A stretch of DNA of 64,000 nucleotides from Nitrospirales bacterium. GTDB lineage: Bacteria > Nitrospirota > Nitrospiria > Nitrospirales > UBA8639. The stretch is from assembly GCA_965203295.1 (NCBI GenBank), contig CBDBCZ010000017.1, forward strand, positions 2,368,001 to 2,432,000, given 5' to 3'. The position numbers and the translations under genes are program-made. Of this stretch, positions 56,653-64,000 are shown in pieces; the stretch's first letter is position 1, and every line of letters starts with the position of its first letter. A model generated the notes under the pieces. The model was not told the DNA's origin. It saw nothing but the letters and a program-made list of their open reading frames with translations, and ran no database searches.

Positions 56653-58993
56653 TCACAATTTTCGTTTGAAACAATTTTCGTTAAATAGAAGAAAATATAA
56701 GTTAAATATCACGGTTATACTTAAATACTTAGTCTAATATCACATTTTGCTATTCATTTTTCATCAGTAGCAAACTCATCTACTCACGATCAACTTGCAG
56801 CAGTGCATGCTATTATGTAGATGTGTGGTATATTGTCAAATCAGTGTGACCATAGTGTCTTCAACTGACGTGATCTTCATTAGCTCCCAGCATTAAAAAG
56901 CCAAACTTGTCAACATGTTGAATACAATTTTATGTACACATCATCAGCTTAATCGCAACAGTTTATTTTGCTTGTAAAACTGTGTTTGAAGTGTTCCTGT
57001 GAAAAGGCATCCCTGTTTTTAGTGTTTCCTGGATGGGTATCAGTGATGGGGCCAGAGTGTGGGTGGGGCTTTACCAGATGAAGATATTTTGCATTCTAGC
57101 TACAAATGTTAAATTTATGCATTATTAAGCAGAGGGCATGGTGTATATTTGTTCCGTGCAATCTAGGAATTTGCGTAATCTCGAGATTGTGTTGCGCACT
57201 CTCGGAATCCTGAAATTGCGTTCCAAGCTACTCAAGATTTAGAATGGACACATTTATGCCCTAGTGCATGCTAGTGCAGTTCATGCAATTTCCAGTTGGG
57301 TTAGACTACTGTGGTTCTCTTTAATTGATGATGTGGGGATATCAACTTTGGCTACCACATTTGGGTTTTGATGGCTCCAGATTGCATGCAAATTAACATT
57401 TCTGGGGGAGTATACGTATGGCTGAGACTGCCAATGCATGCATGCATCGATCGTTGCCCCGACCCCACAACAGCACAGCCACCCCCTACAAAGAACACGT
57501 AATCCTGGGGTGTAGTACTGACCTTCATCTGTGAGCTCTGTACATATACATGCACCTAGACGAGCCCATGCTTATGAACAGCTCTGGTATGTGTACCTGA
57601 GAAAGTATAGCGGCCTGACAAAACTATTGGTGACTCTATATGTGTATGAATGACTCTATATAAGTCGAAGAGACAAACAATTTGGAACAGGTTCTCACAT
57701 TAGCACACTAACTAAATCCCTACTGTTGGGTTTAGCAATCACTTCTTCTTGTAAATGGGACTGCTGGACAGACAGACAGACACAGACAGACAGATAGACG
57801 GACAGACCCAATTGCTTAACCCTGCCACACGCATGTGGGGTAATGACCCTTCTCCACCCAGTTAAGCTGTATTGATCACAAAACGCTGCATCACTTGAGG
57901 TTATTGCACTGCTTTCGATTGAGTATAAAGCAGCTACATGTAGTTGAACATCTTCTAAAAACACCAACTACATGTACATTGAATATGCCTGTATGTCTTT
58001 GATGAGTATTTCCTCCACTAAATACTCAGATAAGTACTGAGTGACTGATTTTTCTTTCCAAACAGAATGTCCATTACAGGGTTCATTGCATCCTGTCACC
58101 ATAACCCAGCCTCTCAATGACCAAATTACAGAGTCGTCACTCATAGATTAGGCAAACAGTCCAGTATTCAGTGAGCCCGATTCCTCCTCAAGATTGTATT
58201 AGCTTGTTGGTGCATGTTTGACAATGTACGTATTATACTTGAGTGAGCACACTGGCAAGGTTCCCTTTCAGCTGAGTGGGTGGGTTACAATTTACAAGCT
58301 GTGCGGGGTCCTATGCTCAAGCGCTTACACCCTTTGTATGGTATGTTATACTTTTCATGTGGGTATCCAACTGAATGAAAGCCACTGAAATGTCACTGCA
58401 ACTATGAATTTGTCTAGTGGTTCATGCGCTTCTGACGTCGAGAAAGATTCCTGAGAAAGATTCCTGCATCGATGTACCACATACAGCATTATTTAGCAAC
58501 ACTACATGGTACTGTAGCAGATGTGAGTAGTATATTTGCAGATATTCAGTTAAATTGCTAACTAATTAAAGGTTTACCTAGAGATACGTACACGCAGTAT
58601 AATGCCTCGCGCACGAGCATTCAGTAGGTGTGGTTTGGTAGCACGTGTTTACAATGTGTGAGAATTTGACAGAGAGAAAGGAGAGGTAGCTAAACGTGCA
58701 TGAGAATTCGGCGAGTTCATCCTTCTCCAAAGGTGGAAATTAACGCGGTGGTTTCTCCAGCGAAAAAGAGCAACTGTTGTTAGCTTAAAAGCGCACGCAC
58801 CTCTGGTCTTTTAGCTTCGATTTTGTATGCCGCTCGTTGCTTTCTTTTGCGTAGTGTAGCAAGATGCCTAGCCCTTTCCCCACTCGTCTCGTCAACGTTG
58901 TCGGACTCCGTGACTCGACTTTAGCCGACGCAACACGCCGGCCACGCCATGCGCAGAACGCAGCATTCCTAAGCGTGACACATGCATTTATAA

Positions 58994-59596
58994 TATGTTC
59001 CGCACGAACCAGGAATTCTAGAATCGCGCAATGCAAACTAGAAATCCATACTTTGCCGCGCAATCCCAGGATTGCGCAGCCAATTCCACTTTTGAGCACA
59101 TGTGATATTGACACTTCTTTAGCAAGCTATAAAAATGCCACGCTCGGTCAGTAATGCAGCGTCTCTGTGGCTTGCAAGCCATCAGTTTCATTCATCCGTC
59201 TTTATTGCAAACTGTAGATTGCCAGAATAATTTGACAATGTAATAGTTGTGACAAATGGTTTCATTACAAATTTAATGTGTTGGTTTTAACATATATAAT
59301 AGCAGACTATCAATAGTTGGCGATTGGTTTTGTAACCACTGCCAGTAGTTTTTACTTTCAGCACTTGACTCTTTGTTTATCCCTTTGCTGTCTATACTTT
59401 GACGCTTCATGCACTTCATATCAAAATTCGAACTTTGTACGAACGAATTTAGTCTACGCAATGCAGGGTTTGCGCAACGTATTCCAACTTTGCGCGAAAA
59501 ACTGGGCAATGCTGGGATTGCGTGTCAAAGTACGGATTCCTACTTTGCGCAGCGTAATCCTAAGTTTGCGCAACTTCCTGGTTTGCACGGAACATA
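58994..59596. mobile_element. MITE with tatgttccg..aaccaggaa termini and ttgcgca subterminal repeats
   Basis: Imperfect terminal inverted repeats in TA-rich flanks; a related terminus lies at ~57146-57225. Confidence 0.65.
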
Positions 59597-60746
59597 TATA
59601 TTATACAAACGCTTGCTGAGATGCGTTACAGGATTAGTTTCCTCGCGCTAAGGCGCTCGGCAATAATGACTATGCCATACTACATCCAAAGGGACCAAAA
59701 TTGGGCCAATTCTGCTGGAAGATGTAGCTGGGGGGGTGGGTCAATTTTCCAATGGTCCTGGGACCATTTCTTCCAGGACCAAGATGCCAGACACATCTGG
59801 ATTTTGTTGGAACTATATTATATAGGAAACCAGTTAGCCGCTATAAATTTCTTACTACATGTATTATATATTTCAGAGGGGGATCAGTGTGCAACTTGCT
59901 GTGTGCGTATAGATTTCTCTAACGTACAGCTTTACCTGTTAAGCTTCAGTCATACCATAGCCAACTCTTGTATCATTAGTTGCCTCCTTTCAAACAATTC
60001 ACAGCAGACAAGTACAAGCTAACTGTATAAATATGATTCTGCTATTGCAGGTCAATGTAACTTCATTGATGTTTTTCAACTACCATGACCACAGATGGAG
60101 ATAAGGTGCCTCACAGCAGCAGTGCTTCATCCTGCAGCTCCATGCAGAAGCAGTATCCCTATGACACAGGTGTCAATTTTTTAAGAAGTACAGTTTTGTT
60201 CAATATGCATGTATGCACAGTGTGTATTACATGAACATCGCAAACTCTTCAGCTTTCAGCTGAGCTACTTGCTATGTACGTGTACAGGTAGATGTAGCTG
60301 TAGACATGTCCATGTACATGTCAATTCTATACTGGAGGATGAATTAATTGCGAGAGTTTGTCACAGGAACGTGTATGTAGTGTGTAAACACTGTGCAAGT
60401 CAGACCACCTGTAAAGATATGGACAGGATCTCCAAATTGTGTGCAACTGCTAGCAACATTACAATATTGCCAGAGTAGTGACTCTTGAGTGGTCAACTAG
60501 CATAGAGTGATAAGTGTGGCTAGGCCTTAGTGTGAGATCATTATGGAGTATGTTGCAGAGCAGACCTGCACATCTGAACACTTTATTAGACCCCATCAGT
60601 TATCACTGTTTTTGGCTTTACTTTACTTTGGCTGTCTATAACACGACTACTGCTAACACATACCAGTGACTATCACCTTTTAACAAAATCCATAGTCACA
60701 ATATGTTACGCATGCATACGTATTGGCAACTGCCGTCAGCCAGTGA

Positions 60747-63700
60747 TATGTATTTTTTAGATGCAGTTGCTAGCAGAGAAGCAGCCTCAAGCAACGTATT
60801 TCCTTCTTCTTTTTCGTTTAGCCCATTTCAATACAACTGTATCAGATCCCAGTTCTCCACAACAAGGAAGGAATAGGCACGGTAGGTTCGATTTGTTGGA
60901 ATGTAAGTCTGCACCATTGGTTTCATTTGAGTCGGACATTCAATACCGTTATTCTAGATCTGTGGTACATAAATTATTGGAAAGCAGAGCAAAAATATTG
61001 TAGAGACTGTGTATAGCTCTGAACTAACCCTGTCAAGGCTGCATGGGCATCATGCATATGAAACACACACACACATTTTTCATCTTTAGCTTGTAATAGA
61101 CTTTACTAGTTTGGGTTACTCTCTGCTGCATACTAATCGTGGCATGTTTAACTGTTCATGTTACATGTAGTTGTGGTGCTTTCACAGTTAGTTTCAAAGT
61201 AATGTATACAATGTTTTGCATACGTAGCTATGTTTCTATGGAGGAGCACCTGGAATCATGTGAAAATCTTTTGCAAGAAATGATATCTGGTGTAGAAATG
61301 CTGAAGAAACAGGTCTGTATCCCTTCAGACTGCCAGTATAAGCCTGTATGTATGTATGTAACTACGTACATGTATGTATGTTAATTACACATTTGGTCAA
61401 CAGCATGGGCAGGTGCATGTTGAAACTTACTTGCATACAAAGCATGTGGCATACTACGTTCTACTGTAGACCACACGTTTATCCAGAAAGGAGAGTCTGT
61501 GTCTACAGTACCATTCATACACTGCTATACATGCAGTATGTTAGAGCAAGTATGACTGTCTCATATTATGTCTACACTGCTGTACATGCAGCATGTTGTC
61601 TGTCATGTGATGTGGCTCAGCTTTAATGTGAAACGTGCTATGCAACATGCTTCCTTGGCAGTATTCTATTACCATAAGAGTGTATGGAACTTGCGAAATG
61701 TTATCCTGCTGACACTGAGAGCCAACTGCAGTCTGCTACTAGCCGTAGCTCTTCACTCCGGAAAGAGCTGATGGGCAAGGATGCCACTGTGACTTCACTG
61801 ACTCAGGAAAACCGGAGATTACAGGAGGAGAGCAAACTTTCTTCAAGGCGCTCCTCTCAACTGAAACAAGAGTGTAGAGAAAGACGTACATCTTATTAAT
61901 GCTTCCCTTCAAAAGCAGGTCAACATCATGTGCACTGTATACATATGTGTGTCATGTACATAACATTGGGTATGGTGATTCTGTGCACATACAGCTCTTG
62001 TATGCATGTACGTCTATGTTTGCACTGGGGCAATGTACATGTTCACACCTTCCGGATTTTAAAGGTATTGTTAACTTGAAGGCCTGGTACTCGGGCAAAA
62101 ACCCGGGACTATTTATGGCTACATGGCTGTTTTGTAGGTTTATCGTTCATGTATGTAACACTGTCAAGCTCTCATCTTCTCATTAGGTTGACAGCTTAAA
62201 TCACAAGATTTTTTAGAAGACCAAGTTTCTGAAGCAAAAGAGAGAGAGAGTAACCGTACTTGTTAATGCGAAACATAAAGGTATACATGCGAATATCCTT
62301 TTGTAAAATACTCTAATGTACTAGGCCGGGTTACGTATATCATATAACATTGATCGGTCGTTGGATAACAGTATGAATATGTACTCACCAACTGCTTTCA
62401 GGCTATGTTTGTCCATTACGAGGTGAGAAACATGTTGACCTCCAGTGATAATAGAATGAAGAAATATACTGTATGACAGCTTTTCAATCTCATGAATCAC
62501 TACTGAGAGCCACAGTCATGCCCATTGCTACATGGTGTGAGATTATATCGCAGGCTGGCTGCTTGAGAATAACTTGTTTATGCTATGCATATGTCATTGT
62601 GTATGGGTGCCGGTGTTATGTATACCCCTGTCGCGTGTGTATGCCTCTTGTGCATACAGATGTCCACTTTATGTGAGCAGCTGGTTACCCTAGCCTCCAA
62701 CGGGCTGTCTCAGAGCACTGACATTAGCCCTGAAACAGCTACTAGTGCTGTGACAACACTGGTGGAGGAGAACACACATCTGAAAGAGGACATTGAAAGA
62801 GTGACTCAACAACTACAGCAGGTTAGACTCTTGCCACATAGAGTTGTGTGTTTCTTGATGCTACTCCAGTAATCTACATTTCCATACACCATGTACGCAG
62901 AAAAACAGTGTGCACAGTGAAGCCCTCTCTGGGACTGTGGCTGCAATGAAACAGGATGAAGAGCAGAGGCTACTAAAGGTTGTAGAGACGACTAAACAGG
63001 AGGAGCAAGTAAGTGACATACAATCATTGTAATATGAGCATATCTCAGACTGGATATTGCATGCTGAGTCATGTACAATGCAAGCAGAACGTTAATAGAC
63101 GGATGCTCAGATTTGGTGTGTACGTACATGTAGATTAAATGTGTGTGGCTTGTAGAACAAAAATTAATAACCAATATTAGGGAATTTTTCGGCCTTTTAC
63201 AAGTCTGATTCAGAATAAGCATATCTTCTTTAGCCTAATTGTGTTTCCGAGAGTTTCTTGTACCCATGCAAGTGTTACTAGTGTTGTCCCAGTAGATCAA
63301 AGGCATTAGTGTGCTGGACAAAAGTGTTGTCACTGTTACATGTACATGCAAACATTCTCCAAACTGCCTACCTAAACCTTAACTCAAAGCCGCTTTCCTA
63401 ATGTCGAGAATAGCAGTTTGGAATCTACGTATTTAGCTAGTAGCATCTTAGTCTATCGAGCTAGACCCTCCTCTATGCTTAGCTAAGCGCAGAGGAGGGT
63501 CTAGCTCGATAGACTAGTAGCATCTAAAAAGATACTTGGCTGCTCTTCTGAAACGTGTAATGAAGCAGTAAGGGAATATGGGGTTTAAGTTGAGGTCTGG
63601 TACTAATGGTCTGAATGAAGAGATAGGAAGATAAAAATGATGATAGGCAGTGTTGGTTATATGGGAAAGAATGTGAGAGTGTAGTTCACGTGCTCCGACC

Positions 63701-64000
63701 GGCAATTCACAAGGACTGGGCACTCAATAGATTGAGTTTTTTTTGGTTGAGTGGCTAGCCAGCCCTCTGTGATAGTATCAATAACGTCTGATCAAGTGGC
63801 TGGTGAAGTTGTGTCGACATGTTAATATCTTCTTGTCTTTTATGGATTGTATAGAATGTTCACTTATGTTACAAAGATAATTTAATTCTATAACTAATGT
63901 AAGAAGAAAACTAGGAGAATAATATGGAGAATAGCAATAATCTCAAGCCTGTTAGGCATTCCTTTTCTCATCAGGATATTCTCAGGATCATGAACAGCCC
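60747..64000 (+). pseudogene. FHAD1: Second, internally deleted copy of the FHAD1-like segment (duplicate of 45874-52527); runs off the window
   Basis: Colinear with copy 1 except for deletions of ~46085-47040, ~48200-49000 and ~49790-51437, a lost splice acceptor near 61705 and a 4-bp insertion creating a stop near 61897. Confidence 0.8.
63449..63516. mobile_element. Duplicate of the 68-bp MITE at 51975 (same site, same TSD)
   Basis: Identical sequence and flanks, so the insertion predates the duplication. Confidence 0.88.

Overview
Eukaryotic, AT-rich, intron-dense DNA. The short exons, frequent TACATGTA motifs and transposon repertoire suggest a marine invertebrate, possibly a demosponge (inference only). 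No complete host gene is present. The window holds decayed, segmentally duplicated fragments: two partial ATR kinase copies, a CACYBP pseudogene, two partial FHAD1-like copies and a SAMD3-like/CMC-type ORF, interleaved with MITEs and a 3'-truncated Gypsy element that still shows a -1 frameshift signal. The most notable object is a complete 4,963-bp IS630/Tc1/mariner-type transposon (4575-9537; 29-bp TIRs, TA TSD) with two convergent genes. Its transposase ORF begins with half of a HIRAN domain; the other half lies on the opposite strand in the second gene. Inverting about 5313-8735 would restore, in frame, a whole HIRAN/Pro-rich accessory gene and a transposase with its own N-terminus. An unrelated pogo-like MITE family here also keeps remnants of convergent HIRAN and transposase genes, suggesting a recurrent HIRAN accessory module in DNA transposons. 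All homology calls are from recalled motifs, not database searches.
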